From an uncultured Aliarcobacter sp. (GTDB lineage: Bacteria; Campylobacterota; Campylobacteria; Campylobacterales; Arcobacteraceae), in NCBI GenBank assembly GCA_963664305.2, contig CAXXLV010000001.1, positions 928,001 to 992,000 on the forward strand: a stretch of 64,000 bases of DNA, written 5' to 3'. The notes under the pieces are model-generated. The model made no database searches, was not told where the DNA came from, and was given only the letters and a program-made list of their open reading frames with translations. Shown piece by piece: positions 51,917 through 63,700 of the stretch (within the stretch, counting starts at the first letter, position 1; every line of letters starts with the position of its first letter). Made by a program: the position numbers and the translations under genes.

Positions 51917-54286
51917 CTATTTATCTAAATTTAGTTCTATTTTAAATTCAGCACCAGTAAATTTTTTATTATTATAAATATACTCTTTATTTGAAGCTGA
52001 TAATTTTCCATTCATATGTTTATTTATGATTTCAAGGGACATGTAAAGACCGATTCCTGTTCCTTGACTTTTATGTTTAGTCGTAAAATATGGCTCAAAA
52101 ATTCTATCTAAAATCTCTTCTTTTATTCCACCTGCATTATCTTTTATAGTTAATATAGCTTTGTTATTCTCTTTATGCATATTAATAAAAATAAATTTAT
52201 CGCTATTGTTATTTGTTTCAAAAGCATCAATTGAATTATTAATTATATTTAATATAACTTGTATAAACTCATTTTCTAATCCTAAAACAAATATCTCTTG
52301 ATGATTTTTTATGATAGAAATATCTCTATTTTTTAATTTACTATTCACAAGATAGATAACTTTATCAATAGGAACATTGATATCAAAAGAACTTAGTTCT
52401 TTATCACTACTAAAAAAGTTTCTAAAATCATCAATAGTGTTTGATAAATGTAATGTTGAGTTTTTTATAATTTCAACTGTTTCATAAAACTCTTCATCAC
52501 TTAAAATATTTAAATCTTTTTTTAATTTGGCTCCTGTTGCAACTGTTGATATAACAGACAATGGTTGTCTCCATTGATGGGCAATATTTTCAATCATTTC
52601 TCCCATTGCAGCCATTTTTGATTGGTGATTTAAAATATTTTCTTTTTGAATTAATTCTTTAGTTTTTTTTGCTACTAGAATTTCTAAGTTTTTATTCATC
52701 TCATTTAGCTGTTTAGTTTTTTCTTCTACTTTCATTTGTAAAGTACTATTTAGATTTTTTAGAGTTAAATTTCTATAAATAAATGCAATAGAAATGATTA
52801 AAATAGCAAGAGCCATTTTCCAAAAAATATCATAGTTGAAGCTTGTTTGAAATTGTACGTTATTCCATTTTGTGATAATTGAGTTTATTTCATTTATAGA
52901 TATAGATGAAATAGCTTTATTTAATATTGATTCTAAAATTGGATAATCATCTCGTATCATAAATTTTAAACTAAAGTTTAAACCAGTGTTCCCTGTAACT
53001 TTTAAATTATCAAAATTATATTTTGAAATGTTATAAAATAATACAGGTTGAATATCTATAAAAGCGTAAGCCTTTCCTTTTGAAACTAAATCTAAACCTT
53101 CTTTAATGCTATTTACAAGAATAAAATTCATTTCAGGATAAGCATTTTTTAGAATATTATGAGCTGTAAAATTATTACCAATGGCTAGTTTTTTGTTTTT
53201 TATTAAAGTGATATTTTCAATAAAATTTTCATCTTTTTTAGTAACTATTGATATTGGAAAATTTGCATACTCTTTTGTAAAAATAGCATACTCTTTCCTT
53301 TGGGGAGTTTCTCCTGCACTGTAGATTAAATCAGATTTTTTATTTTTGATACTTGATAGTTGTTGATTAAATGTTTCAAAAAATTCATTTTGAGTTTTCA
53401 AATCTAGTTTTTCAGAGATTATTTTCCAATATTCTGATGAAATACCAAAGGCTTCATTGCTTTTTGATTTAAATGTAAAAGGTTCCCATGAATTTGAAAT
53501 TGATACAGTTATTTTTTTATTTTTTATGAAATCTAACTCTTCTTGAGTTAACTTTATTTGTTGTTTAAAATTTTTATAATATTGTTCATTTTCATTTAAT
53601 ATCCATTTTTTTTCTAAGTTTAATAATTCATTAGCAGGAATTTTTAGAAAACCTTTATTGAAAATATCAGCTTTTTCTTTCTTTGTTGTAATTGCATGAG
53701 CTTTTGCTTTTGTAATTAAAGTATCTAAAGGTTTTATCAAATGAAATAGATTATTTTGAACACAAAAATATTCAACTGCAATTTTATCATCGTAAATTAA
53801 ATCAATTTCACCACTTCTTAATGCATCAATTGATGTCTCATAATCTTCATAAATTTTTATTGTTGAGTTTGGAAAATGTTCTAAAATTATATCTTTGTAG
53901 TCTGAACCAACTAAACCAATTCTTAGTTGATTTTTCATTTCAAAAACTATTTCATTTTTTGAAAGGCTAAAAAATGTGCTTTTAGTTTCATAAAAAAAGT
54001 TGGAAGCAATCATCCAATCTTCAAAAGGGTTTGTTCCTAAAAAAAAGTCTACTTTTTCTTCTTTTGCTAAATTTATTGCTTCATCCCATAAATGACCATC
54101 AACAAATTCTATATTATAATTATTATGTTTTGCCCATAATTTCCAAATATCGATAAATAATCCAGCCTCTTTTCCATCTTGTTTATAAGAAAAAGGTGCA
54201 TAATCAGGGTCATAAGAGATTTTAAAATCTACATCTTTTGCGTAAATATTTAAAATTAATAAGATAAAAATCAGAAATATTTTCAT
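51917..54286 (-). CDS. Sensor histidine kinase with two periplasmic solute-binding (PBPb) domains
   Basis: DYAPFS and WEPFT SBP-3 domains, TM, IAHQWRQP, NNSIDAF, DNAGGI, FTTK, GTGIGL. Confidence 0.92.
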   Translation of the reverse strand: MKIFLIFILLILNIYAKDVDFKISYDPDYAPFSYKQDGKEAGLFIDIWKLWAKHNNYNIEFVDGHLWDEAINLAKEEKVDFFLGTNPFEDWMIASNFFYETKSTFFSLSKNEIVFEMKNQLRIGLVGSDYKDIILEHFPNSTIKIYEDYETSIDALRSGEIDLIYDDKIAVEYFCVQNNLFHLIKPLDTLITKAKAHAITTKKEKADIFNKGFLKIPANELLNLEKKWILNENEQYYKNFKQQIKLTQEELDFIKNKKITVSISNSWEPFTFKSKSNEAFGISSEYWKIISEKLDLKTQNEFFETFNQQLSSIKNKKSDLIYSAGETPQRKEYAIFTKEYANFPISIVTKKDENFIENITLIKNKKLAIGNNFTAHNILKNAYPEMNFILVNSIKEGLDLVSKGKAYAFIDIQPVLFYNISKYNFDNLKVTGNTGLNFSLKFMIRDDYPILESILNKAISSISINEINSIITKWNNVQFQTSFNYDIFWKMALAILIISIAFIYRNLTLKNLNSTLQMKVEEKTKQLNEMNKNLEILVAKKTKELIQKENILNHQSKMAAMGEMIENIAHQWRQPLSVISTVATGAKLKKDLNILSDEEFYETVEIIKNSTLHLSNTIDDFRNFFSSDKELSSFDINVPIDKVIYLVNSKLKNRDISIIKNHQEIFVLGLENEFIQVILNIINNSIDAFETNNNSDKFIFINMHKENNKAILTIKDNAGGIKEEILDRIFEPYFTTKHKSQGTGIGLYMSLEIINKHMNGKLSASNKEYIYNNKKFTGAEFKIELNLDK

Positions 54287-54355
54287 AAGTACCTATTTTT
54301 AGAATATCTGTTTATATTGTATTATAAAAAATATTGTTAAAACTTAAAAAAATGA

Positions 54356-55060
54356 TTAATAATCTAATCTATATCCAACACTAGAGATATTAATAATTGA
54401 TTCTTTTCCAACTTTTTTTCTTAGTTTATTTAGTAAATTTTTTAAAGCAGAATCAGTAGCTTCAAATTCATCTTCCCAAATTGTTGTTTTTAGTTCATCT
54501 GTTGATAAAACTCTATTACTATTCTTGATTAATAAATCAAGTAATGTTAATTCTTTTGAAGTTAATGCAATTTCTTCATTATTTGAGAAATCAATAAGTT
54601 TTTTATGAAGTACATTATATTGAATATTATTTTTGAATGAAATTACATATCTTGAATTATCTAAAATTTCATCTACGCAATTATTTAATGCAGAATTTAG
54701 GCTTTTAAAATCCACTGGTTTAGTAAGATAATCAACAAGTTTTAACTTTGTTGCTTCCAATAAATAATTTTTATCAGTATATGCGCTTAAAATAATTATA
54801 GGTATTGTCTTATCAATCTTTCTTAGCTCTTTTATAAAATTAATTCCTGAAATGTCTGGTAAATTTATATCAGAAATAATTATATCTATTCTATTTTTTT
54901 CTAAAGTTTTTTTTGCATCTTCAATATTTTCTTCGTCATAGACATTATTACAAAATAACTCTAAAGTTTTTTTTACATTTTCTTTTATACTTACTTCATC
55001 TTCAATATATAGGATATTTAAGTTCTTAAGAATTTTGTTGTAATGATTGTTTATTAACAT
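54356..55060 (-). CDS. OmpR-family response regulator
   Basis: YIEDE, SDINLP, LSAY, YLTKP, winged helix ending VGYRL. Confidence 0.92.
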   Translation of the reverse strand: MLINNHYNKILKNLNILYIEDEVSIKENVKKTLELFCNNVYDEENIEDAKKTLEKNRIDIIISDINLPDISGINFIKELRKIDKTIPIIILSAYTDKNYLLEATKLKLVDYLTKPVDFKSLNSALNNCVDEILDNSRYVISFKNNIQYNVLHKKLIDFSNNEEIALTSKELTLLDLLIKNSNRVLSTDELKTTIWEDEFEATDSALKNLLNKLRKKVGKESIINISSVGYRLDY

Positions 55061-55224
55061 TTTAAGCCCTATAAATTTATAATCGTTTATGTTATAATAA
55101 ATAAACTTAGAACAAATTAATAATAAAAAAAATTACACTTTTAATGCCATATTAAGTTTAATACTAGTAAAGTAACGCAAAAAATTATTAATTAATTTCT
55201 TAAAAATCATGAATTGGAGTTAAA

Positions 55225-57006
55225 ATGTATAAATCAAAATTACTTAGATTTGCATGTGTTTCTTTTCTTGCAAGTTCATTTTTACATGCTGCAAGTCTTA
55301 AAGAGAGTGTAGAAAAAGTACTTTCAACAAATCCTGAAGTAATAGCTGAAAAAAATAATCAGGAAGCTTTTAAAAAATATATAGATGAAAGAAAAGCTAA
55401 TTATTTACCAAGAATAGATGTAGATGGTAGATTAGAAAAAAGCAATTCTGACAAAAAATATGATCAACCAAATTCAAACAATTTTGTTAATGGTTCAGAC
55501 CAAGAAGATGGTTATAATGTTGGAATAGCTTTAAATCAAATGCTTTATGATGGTGATTTAACTCCAAGTCAAGTAAGAGAAGCAAAATTTAATGATTTAG
55601 CAAACAAATATAGAAGTGAAAATAATATAGAAAATGTTGTTTATGAAACAATCACTGCATATACAGGTCTAGTTCAATATAATGAAATGTTAGCATTAAC
55701 AAAAGATATGATAACAACAAATGAAGAAAACCTTCAAATAGCAAAAGAAAAAGAAGCAATTAGTGGTGAAGTATTAGAAACTTATGAAGTTGATTCTAAA
55801 CTAAGTTTTGTTAAAGAAAAATATTTAGAAGAAGAAGATTTAAAAAGTTCAAAAAATAGTACATTTAAAAGATATGTAGGTTTTGAACCATCAGGAGATG
55901 AGTGTAGACCAAAAATAGAATTATCTAAAGTTCCAAATAATTTACAACAAATTGTTGAACTTGCTGTTTTAAAAAATAATGAGATTTTAGAACAAATAGA
56001 AAGAATAAAAGCTCAAAGAGAAAAAATTGCACAAGCAGATGCTAAATTTTTACCTAATCTAAATTTAGAACTTAAAGCACTTACAGATAATGATTTATCA
56101 TTAAATGAAGAAGGAACAGAAAATCAAGTTTATGGAAGAATAAATCTTGCATGGAATTTATATAATGGTGGTGGTGATAAAGCCGTATCAAAACAAGAAG
56201 AATTATTTTTAGCAGAACAAAAAGAGAGATTAGATGCAATTACAAATAAAATTGTTGAAGCTATCAAAGTTAATTATCAAAGATTGCTAAAAAATAAAGA
56301 AAGAATTAATGTTCTAAAAGATTATGTGGTTGCAAATGAAAATATAGTTGAAGTTTATAAAAGTGAATTTGAATCTGGAACAAGAACATTTGTTGATATA
56401 TTAGATGCACAAACAGTACTTTATGAAGCTAAAAAAAGTTTAGTAAATAGAGAATATGAATTATATAAAAATTATTATGATATTTTATTATCTTTATCAA
56501 TGTTAACTGAGACAGTTCTTGATCCAAAAAATGATGGGTGTTCAGATGATAAAGCTTTAAATTATATTGTATCAGAACAAAAATTAGCAGTTGAAAAGGC
56601 AAATGAATCAAGTGATTTAAAAGCTTTATTGGGAGATGAACCTGTTAAAGTAAAAAAAGAAGAGCCAATGATTACTTCACAAAAAGAGGATATAGTTGAA
56701 AATAAATCAGAATATGCTACTTTCTTAGATGCACCAGCAGGTTATTATACTTTAAATATTACAACAACTGAAGGTTTAGAGGCTGCAAATAATTATGTTA
56801 GTTCAAATACTTTAGATAAAAACAGTTCTTATACATATTCTTTTGGTCCAGAGATGAAGAGTGCTAAGGTAATTTATGGTATATTCAAATCCGTAAAAGA
56901 AGCAAATATTGCATTGGATAGTTTACCTGCATCAGTAAAAGCAAACAAACCATATATAGACAATATTTTAAAACATCAAAAACTATATGAAAAATATAAT
57001 AAATAG
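55225..57006 (+). CDS. TolC/LapE-type T1SS outer-membrane protein with C-terminal SPOR-like extension
   Basis: Signal peptide, STNPEV, YLPRIDV, WNLYNGG, GTRTFVDILDA; extra C-terminal domain. Confidence 0.88.
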   Translation: MYKSKLLRFACVSFLASSFLHAASLKESVEKVLSTNPEVIAEKNNQEAFKKYIDERKANYLPRIDVDGRLEKSNSDKKYDQPNSNNFVNGSDQEDGYNVGIALNQMLYDGDLTPSQVREAKFNDLANKYRSENNIENVVYETITAYTGLVQYNEMLALTKDMITTNEENLQIAKEKEAISGEVLETYEVDSKLSFVKEKYLEEEDLKSSKNSTFKRYVGFEPSGDECRPKIELSKVPNNLQQIVELAVLKNNEILEQIERIKAQREKIAQADAKFLPNLNLELKALTDNDLSLNEEGTENQVYGRINLAWNLYNGGGDKAVSKQEELFLAEQKERLDAITNKIVEAIKVNYQRLLKNKERINVLKDYVVANENIVEVYKSEFESGTRTFVDILDAQTVLYEAKKSLVNREYELYKNYYDILLSLSMLTETVLDPKNDGCSDDKALNYIVSEQKLAVEKANESSDLKALLGDEPVKVKKEEPMITSQKEDIVENKSEYATFLDAPAGYYTLNITTTEGLEAANNYVSSNTLDKNSSYTYSFGPEMKSAKVIYGIFKSVKEANIALDSLPASVKANKPYIDNILKHQKLYEKYNK

Positions 57007-57028
57007 GATTTCTAACTAAGGGTATATA

Positions 57029-59188
57029 TTGGAAAATAATGATTCTAATTTAATAGAAAATGAAACGTTAGGAAATTTAAAAGATAGAAGAAAAGTAGAT
57101 GACCTTTTAGGTTGTCTACTTTTTTTGTCTAAATATCACAATAGGGAAACTTCTGCAGAATCTTTAACTTTTGGTCTGCCAATTCACAAAACTTCAATGA
57201 ACATTTCAATGTTTCATCAAGCTGCTTCTCGTATAGGTCTTGCAACAAAAACTGTAAAAAGAGAAAAAGTAAAAGATATTACAAAATTAGCTTTACCTTC
57301 TGTTTTAATTCTTGATAAACAAAGAGCTTGTGTATTACTTGACTATGATTTGAAAAAAGGAGTTGCTCAAGTAATTTTACCTGGATTAATTGCAGGTGAA
57401 ACAGAAATGACGATTCAGAAAATAGAGAGTGAATATACTGGTGAAGTAATTATCATAAAACCTGAATACAATTTTAATAATAGAATTGAAAAAGAGGTTG
57501 TTGTTGATAATCCAAAAGAGTGGTTTTGGGGTACTTTAAAAAGAAATGCAAGTATCTATAAACAAGTAATTGTTGTATCTTTATTTATTAATATTTTCAT
57601 TCTAGCAACACCATTATTTACAATGAATGTTTATGACAGAGTTTTACCAAATAATGCAATTGAAACATTGTGGGCTTTATTTATAGGTATCTCTTTAGTT
57701 ATGATATTTGATTTATTATTGAAGATTTTACGTTCATATTTTTTAGGATTAGCAAGTAAACGAGCCGACACAATAATGTCAAATAAAATATTTAATCATC
57801 TATTAAATATAAAACTTGATGCAAAACCTGCTTCAACAGGACAATTTGTTAGTAGATTACAATCTTTTGAAAGTGTGAGAGAATTTTTTACAAGTGCAAC
57901 AATTGCGGCAGTTGTTGACCTTCCTTTTGTAATAATTTTTATACTTGTAATATTTTTTATTGCAGGTCCTTTAGCTTATATAACAATTGTTACAGTTTTT
58001 ATTTCTATTGCTTTATCTTGGTATATGCAAAGACCTTTAAAAAGTATAATTGAAAAATCAGTAAAAGAAGAACAAATTAAACAAACAACATTAATTGAAA
58101 CGGTTTCTGGATTAGAAATTATCAAAAGTGTTAAAGCACAAAATAGAATGAAAACTCATTGGGATAATTCAATTAATAAAACAGTTCATTTTGCGGATAA
58201 GGGGCACTTTTTATCTCAAACGATTACATATTTTACAGCTTTTATTTCTCAATTTTCAAACATAGCAATTGTGGCAGCTGGAGTTTATTTAGCTCAAGAT
58301 GGTGAAATAACTATGGGAGCTATTATTGCAGCTATGATTTTAAATGGTAGGGTTATTGCTCCAATTTCTCAACTAGTTGGTATGATTATAAAATTTGATA
58401 GAACAATGTTATCTTTAAATAATCTTGATGAGGTAATGAAAATGCCTGTTGAGAAAGAGAATAAATCATATATTAGTAGACCTAATTTAAAAGGTGATAT
58501 TGAATTAAAAGATGTACAATTTGCATATAAAGACCAAAATCATCAAACTTTAAAAGATATAAATATTAAAATAAAACAAGGTGAAAAAGTTGCAATTTTA
58601 GGAAAAATTGGTTCAGGAAAATCAACTTTATTAAAACTTATTATGAATTTATATGAACCAACAAAAGGTTCAGTTTTAATTGATGGTTTAGATACAAGAC
58701 AAATTGACCCAGTTGATTTAAGACATGCAATAGGAAGTGTTCCTCAAGAACCATTTTTATTTATGGGAACAATAAAAGATAATTTAACAATTGGTGAGCA
58801 GTATGTTTCAGATGAAGAGTTGTTAAGAGTATCTAAAATTGCTGGATTAGATGATTTTTTAGGAAAACATGAAGCTGGTTATGATTTACTTGTTGGTGAA
58901 AGAGGAGATGGACTTTCAGGAGGTGAGAGACAATCTGTAACTTTAGCAAGAGCATTAATTTCTGACCCAAATATAATTATGTTAGATGAACCAACAAATT
59001 CAATGGATAGACAATCTGAAAAGGCTTTTATTAATAGATTACAAAATATAGTTCAAGAAAAAACTTTAATAGTTGTTACACATAAAACTTCTTTATTACA
59101 ATTAGTTGATAGAATAATTATAATTGAAAATGGAAAAGTTGTTGTTGATGGACCAAAAGATGAAGTTTTTACAACTAAAGTAGGTTGA
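57029..59188 (+). CDS. T1SS ABC transporter (LapB/LssB-like)
   Basis: C39-like N-domain, MNVYDRVLPN, GKIGSGKST, LSGGERQ, LDEPT, VTHK. Confidence 0.93.
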   Translation: MENNDSNLIENETLGNLKDRRKVDDLLGCLLFLSKYHNRETSAESLTFGLPIHKTSMNISMFHQAASRIGLATKTVKREKVKDITKLALPSVLILDKQRACVLLDYDLKKGVAQVILPGLIAGETEMTIQKIESEYTGEVIIIKPEYNFNNRIEKEVVVDNPKEWFWGTLKRNASIYKQVIVVSLFINIFILATPLFTMNVYDRVLPNNAIETLWALFIGISLVMIFDLLLKILRSYFLGLASKRADTIMSNKIFNHLLNIKLDAKPASTGQFVSRLQSFESVREFFTSATIAAVVDLPFVIIFILVIFFIAGPLAYITIVTVFISIALSWYMQRPLKSIIEKSVKEEQIKQTTLIETVSGLEIIKSVKAQNRMKTHWDNSINKTVHFADKGHFLSQTITYFTAFISQFSNIAIVAAGVYLAQDGEITMGAIIAAMILNGRVIAPISQLVGMIIKFDRTMLSLNNLDEVMKMPVEKENKSYISRPNLKGDIELKDVQFAYKDQNHQTLKDINIKIKQGEKVAILGKIGSGKSTLLKLIMNLYEPTKGSVLIDGLDTRQIDPVDLRHAIGSVPQEPFLFMGTIKDNLTIGEQYVSDEELLRVSKIAGLDDFLGKHEAGYDLLVGERGDGLSGGERQSVTLARALISDPNIIMLDEPTNSMDRQSEKAFINRLQNIVQEKTLIVVTHKTSLLQLVDRIIIIENGKVVVDGPKDEVFTTKVG

Positions 59189-59191
59189 TAT

Positions 59192-60625
59192 ATGAGTAAT
59201 GATAAAAATCCTTTAAAAAATCAAAAAAAATTAAAAATTATGTCTTTAATAGAAAAGATTAAAAAATTATATGGTTTAGAAGATAAAAAAGAAGAAGATT
59301 TAGAATTTATATATACATCATATGCAAATTCAAATGAACATCCAAGTAATGTAAGTCGAGTTATATTCATGCTAATTAGTGGAATATTTGTAATATTTCT
59401 TTTATGGGCAAGTTTAGCTGAAATTGATGAATTAGCAAGAGGAAATGGTAAGGTAATTCCAACAGATAAAATTCAAACGGTTCAATCTTTAGATGGAGGG
59501 ATTATTTCTGAAATATTTGTAAAAGAAGGGGATATAGTAAAATTTGATGACCCTTTAATGAAAATTGATACTACTAGATTTCAAGCAACATTAGAAGAAA
59601 GTCGTCAAGAATATTTATCTTTATTAGCTCTAAAGGCTAGATTAGAAATCGAGTCAACTATTGATATAGAAAAAGATTTACCTGATTTGAAATTTGATGA
59701 AAAGATTTTGAGCGATTCTTCAAGATACGATATAAATGAAAAAATGTTATTGGAAAATAGATTTAGAGAGTTAAAATCTTCAGTTAATGTTTTAAAAAAT
59801 CAAGAAAATCAAAAAATTCAAGAACTAAAAGAAATTGAAAGTACAATAAAAAAACTAACTGATAGTTTAGGTTTTATTGAAGAACAAAGAAAAACTATAA
59901 GAAAACTTGTAGAAAGAGGAATTAAATCAAATTACGATTTACTTGATATTGAAAAAGAGTATAACCAGACAAAGGGTGATTTACAAACTGCAAAACTTTC
60001 AATTTCAAGATCAAATTTTGCGATATTAGAAGCTGGTAATAGAATACAAGAAAAATTAAATACTTTTAGATCTGAAGCATCAACGGAACTGCAAAAAACA
60101 GTTAGTCAAATAAATAGATTTGAAGCTAAACTTGTTGGAGATAGAGATAAAGTTGCAAAAACTACAATTACTTCTCCTGTTGATGGAATTATTAAACAAT
60201 TAAATTTTAATACAATAGGTGGAGTTGTTCAATCTGGTATGGATTTGATTGAAATAGTACCTTTAAGTGATGCTCTGGTTGTAGAGGCAAAAATAGATCC
60301 TAAAGATATTGCTTTTATAAATCCAAGCCAAAAAGCTATTATAAAAATAACGGCATATGATTTTTCTATTTATGGTGGATTAGAAGGTAAAATTGTAGAA
60401 ATTTCTGCTGATACTATTGTAGATAAAGAGTCAAAAGAAGGAAAAAGTTATTATCGAGTTTTAGTGAAAACAGATAAAAACTATTTAGAAAGAAAAGGTA
60501 AAAAACTCCCAATTATCCCTGGAATGGTAGCAACTGTTGATATTGTTACTGGTAAAAAAACAATTTTAGATTTCTTATTAAAACCTATACTTAAAGTAAA
60601 GCAAGATTCACTTCACGAAAGATAA
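59192..60625 (+). CDS. T1SS membrane fusion protein (HlyD/LapC-like)
   Basis: G.GKVIP, QSLDGG, SPVDG, AYDFSIYG, PGMVATVDI.TG.KT. Confidence 0.93.
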   Translation: MSNDKNPLKNQKKLKIMSLIEKIKKLYGLEDKKEEDLEFIYTSYANSNEHPSNVSRVIFMLISGIFVIFLLWASLAEIDELARGNGKVIPTDKIQTVQSLDGGIISEIFVKEGDIVKFDDPLMKIDTTRFQATLEESRQEYLSLLALKARLEIESTIDIEKDLPDLKFDEKILSDSSRYDINEKMLLENRFRELKSSVNVLKNQENQKIQELKEIESTIKKLTDSLGFIEEQRKTIRKLVERGIKSNYDLLDIEKEYNQTKGDLQTAKLSISRSNFAILEAGNRIQEKLNTFRSEASTELQKTVSQINRFEAKLVGDRDKVAKTTITSPVDGIIKQLNFNTIGGVVQSGMDLIEIVPLSDALVVEAKIDPKDIAFINPSQKAIIKITAYDFSIYGGLEGKIVEISADTIVDKESKEGKSYYRVLVKTDKNYLERKGKKLPIIPGMVATVDIVTGKKTILDFLLKPILKVKQDSLHER

Positions 60626-60734
60626 TTTAAAAAGATTATCTTTCTTCAAAAATAATAATTAAAAAACTTTTTAGAGACTTTATTTTTGTAATATAATCCA
60701 ATAAAGTAGTGTTAAATTATTAATGGAGAAAAAA

Positions 60735-63700
60735 ATGAAGTTAACTATAAAATCAGAGGGTCAAAGTAAGGTTGTAGATTTAGATAAAGATTTACAGTTT
60801 AATGTGAGTAAAGGTGAACAGTACATCTTTTCCAATGGTTTTACAAGTTATGTTTTAAATTTTAAAGATAATCAACAATCTGTTGAATTGACTTTCAAAG
60901 TTGATGGTAAAACAATAAAAGTTGATTTAAAGGGAATAGTTCCTCTTTTACAAGAAAATATTGATGGAATTGAAAATCCAACTCTAGTAATAATTAATAA
61001 AAATGCTAATGAAAAAGATGTTGATAATATAGTTGAAAATGATACATTTAATGGAAGTGAGATTATTGATAGACTTGAAGCATTAATCTCAAATCCTGTT
61101 GATTTAGGTGCAAATGCTAGTGATAAGTTAGCAATCATTTCTGATTTTCAATCATTAGTTGAAACACTTGATGCAGCTGCCGCTGGTGGAGATCAAGGTA
61201 ATAACACAACTGCTAATGGTTCTACTTTCAATTCTATTTTTGGAACAATTGAAGATTCATTAAATGGAATTGCAGATAGTGCAGTTTGGGAAAATTTAAC
61301 AGAATCAATTTCTACAATACCTGTAGAAACTGGAAATACTGTAGCAACTACAGAAGTTGTTGATGTAATAACAAATGTAAATGTAAAATTAGTTGGTGTA
61401 AATACAGCTGTAACTGAAGGTGAAAGTGCAACATATAAAGTAACATTAACAGATGATGCTGGAAATCCAGTAGTTACAACACAAGATATGGTTATTACAT
61501 TTACATATACTTATATAACAGCTTCAGGAGAAGATATCACAGAAGTTAATAGTGTGATAATTCCTGCAGGTCAAAGTGAAATTACATTTCCAATTGCAAC
61601 AATCGATGATAACTTAATTGAGAATGATGAATCATTTAATATATCAATAGATACAGTTTCAAATCAAGAACAATTTGATAGTGTAACAATAGATAATACA
61701 CCAGTAACAACAACAATCACAGATGAAACAGTACCAACAGACCCAGATACACAAACAGCATATGTAAGTATCGAAGGACCAACATCTGTAGTTGAAGGTA
61801 ATACAACAACTCCATACACTGTAAGTGTAACTCAAGCTCCAGAATCTGATTTAACAGTAACATTTACATATAGTGGTAAAGCAATTGATGGAACAGACTT
61901 CACAGGAGTAGCAAGTGTAGTAATTCCAAAAGGTGAAACATCAGCAACATTCAATATTGCAACAATAGATGATAACATAGCAGAGGGTGCTGAGGACTTT
62001 ACAGTTACAATTAATACTATCACAAATGGTGGATTAGAAGATGTAAGAGTAGACTCTACAAAATCATCAGTAACAACAACAATCACAGATGAAACAGTAC
62101 CAACAGACCCAGATACACAAACAGCATATGTAAGTATCGAAGGACCAACATCTGTAGTTGAAGGTAATACAACAACTCCATACACTGTAAGTGTAACTCA
62201 AGCTCCAGAATCTGATTTAACAGTAACATTTACATATAGTGGTAAAGCAATTGATGGAACAGACTTCACAGGAGTAGCAAGTGTAGTAATTCCAAAAGGT
62301 GAAACATCAGCAACATTCAATATTGCAACAATAGATGATAACATAGCAGAGGGTGCTGAGGACTTTACAGTTACAATTAATACTATCACAAATGGTGGAT
62401 TAGAAGATGTAAGAGTAGACTCTACAAAATCATCAGTAACAACAACAATCACAGATGAAACAGTACCAACAGACCCAGATACACAAACAGCATATGTAAG
62501 TATCGAAGGACCAACATCTGTAGTTGAAGGTAATACAACAACTCCATACACTGTAAGTGTAACTCAAGCTCCAGAATCTGATTTAACAGTAACATTTACA
62601 TATAGTGGTAAAGCAATTGATGGAACAGACTTCACAGGAGTAGCAAGTGTAGTAATTCCAAAAGGTGAAACATCAGCAACATTCAATATTGCAACAATAG
62701 ATGATAACATAGCAGAGGGTGCTGAGGACTTTACAGTTACAATTAATACTATCACAAATGGTGGATTAGAAGATGTAAGAGTAGACTCTACAAAATCATC
62801 AGTAACAACAACAATCACAGATGAAACAGTACCAACAGACCCAGATACACAAACAGCATATGTAAGTATCGAAGGACCAACATCTGTAGTTGAAGGTAAT
62901 ACAACAACTCCATACACTGTAAGTGTAACTCAAGCTCCAGAATCTGATTTAACAGTAACATTTACATATAGTGGTAAAGCAATTGATGGAACAGACTTCA
63001 CAGGAGTAGCAAGTGTAGTAATTCCAAAAGGTGAAACATCAGCAACATTCAATATTGCAACAATAGATGATAACATAGCAGAGGGTGCTGAGGACTTTAC
63101 AGTTACAATTAATACTATCACAAATGGTGGATTAGAAGATGTAAGAGTAGACTCTACAAAATCATCAGTAACAACAACAATCACAGATGAAACAGTACCA
63201 ACAGACCCAGATACACAAACAGCATATGTAAGTATCGAAGGACCAACATCTGTAGTTGAAGGTAATACAACAACTCCATACACTGTAAGTGTAACTCAAG
63301 CTCCAGAATCTGATTTAACAGTAACATTTACATATAGTGGTAAAGCAATTGATGGAACAGACTTCACAGGAGTAGCAAGTGTAGTAATTCCAAAAGGTGA
63401 AACATCAGCAACATTCAATATTGCAACAATAGATGATAACATAGCAGAGGGTGCTGAGGACTTTACAGTTACAATTAATACTATCACAAATGGTGGATTA
63501 GAAGATGTAAGAGTAGACTCTACAAAATCATCAGTAACAACAACAATCACAGATGAAACAGTACCAACAGACCCAGATACACAAACAGCATATGTAAGTA
63601 TCGAAGGACCAACATCTGTAGTTGAAGGTAATACAACAACTCCATACACTGTAAGTGTAACTCAAGCTCCAGAATCTGATTTAACAGTAACATTTACATA

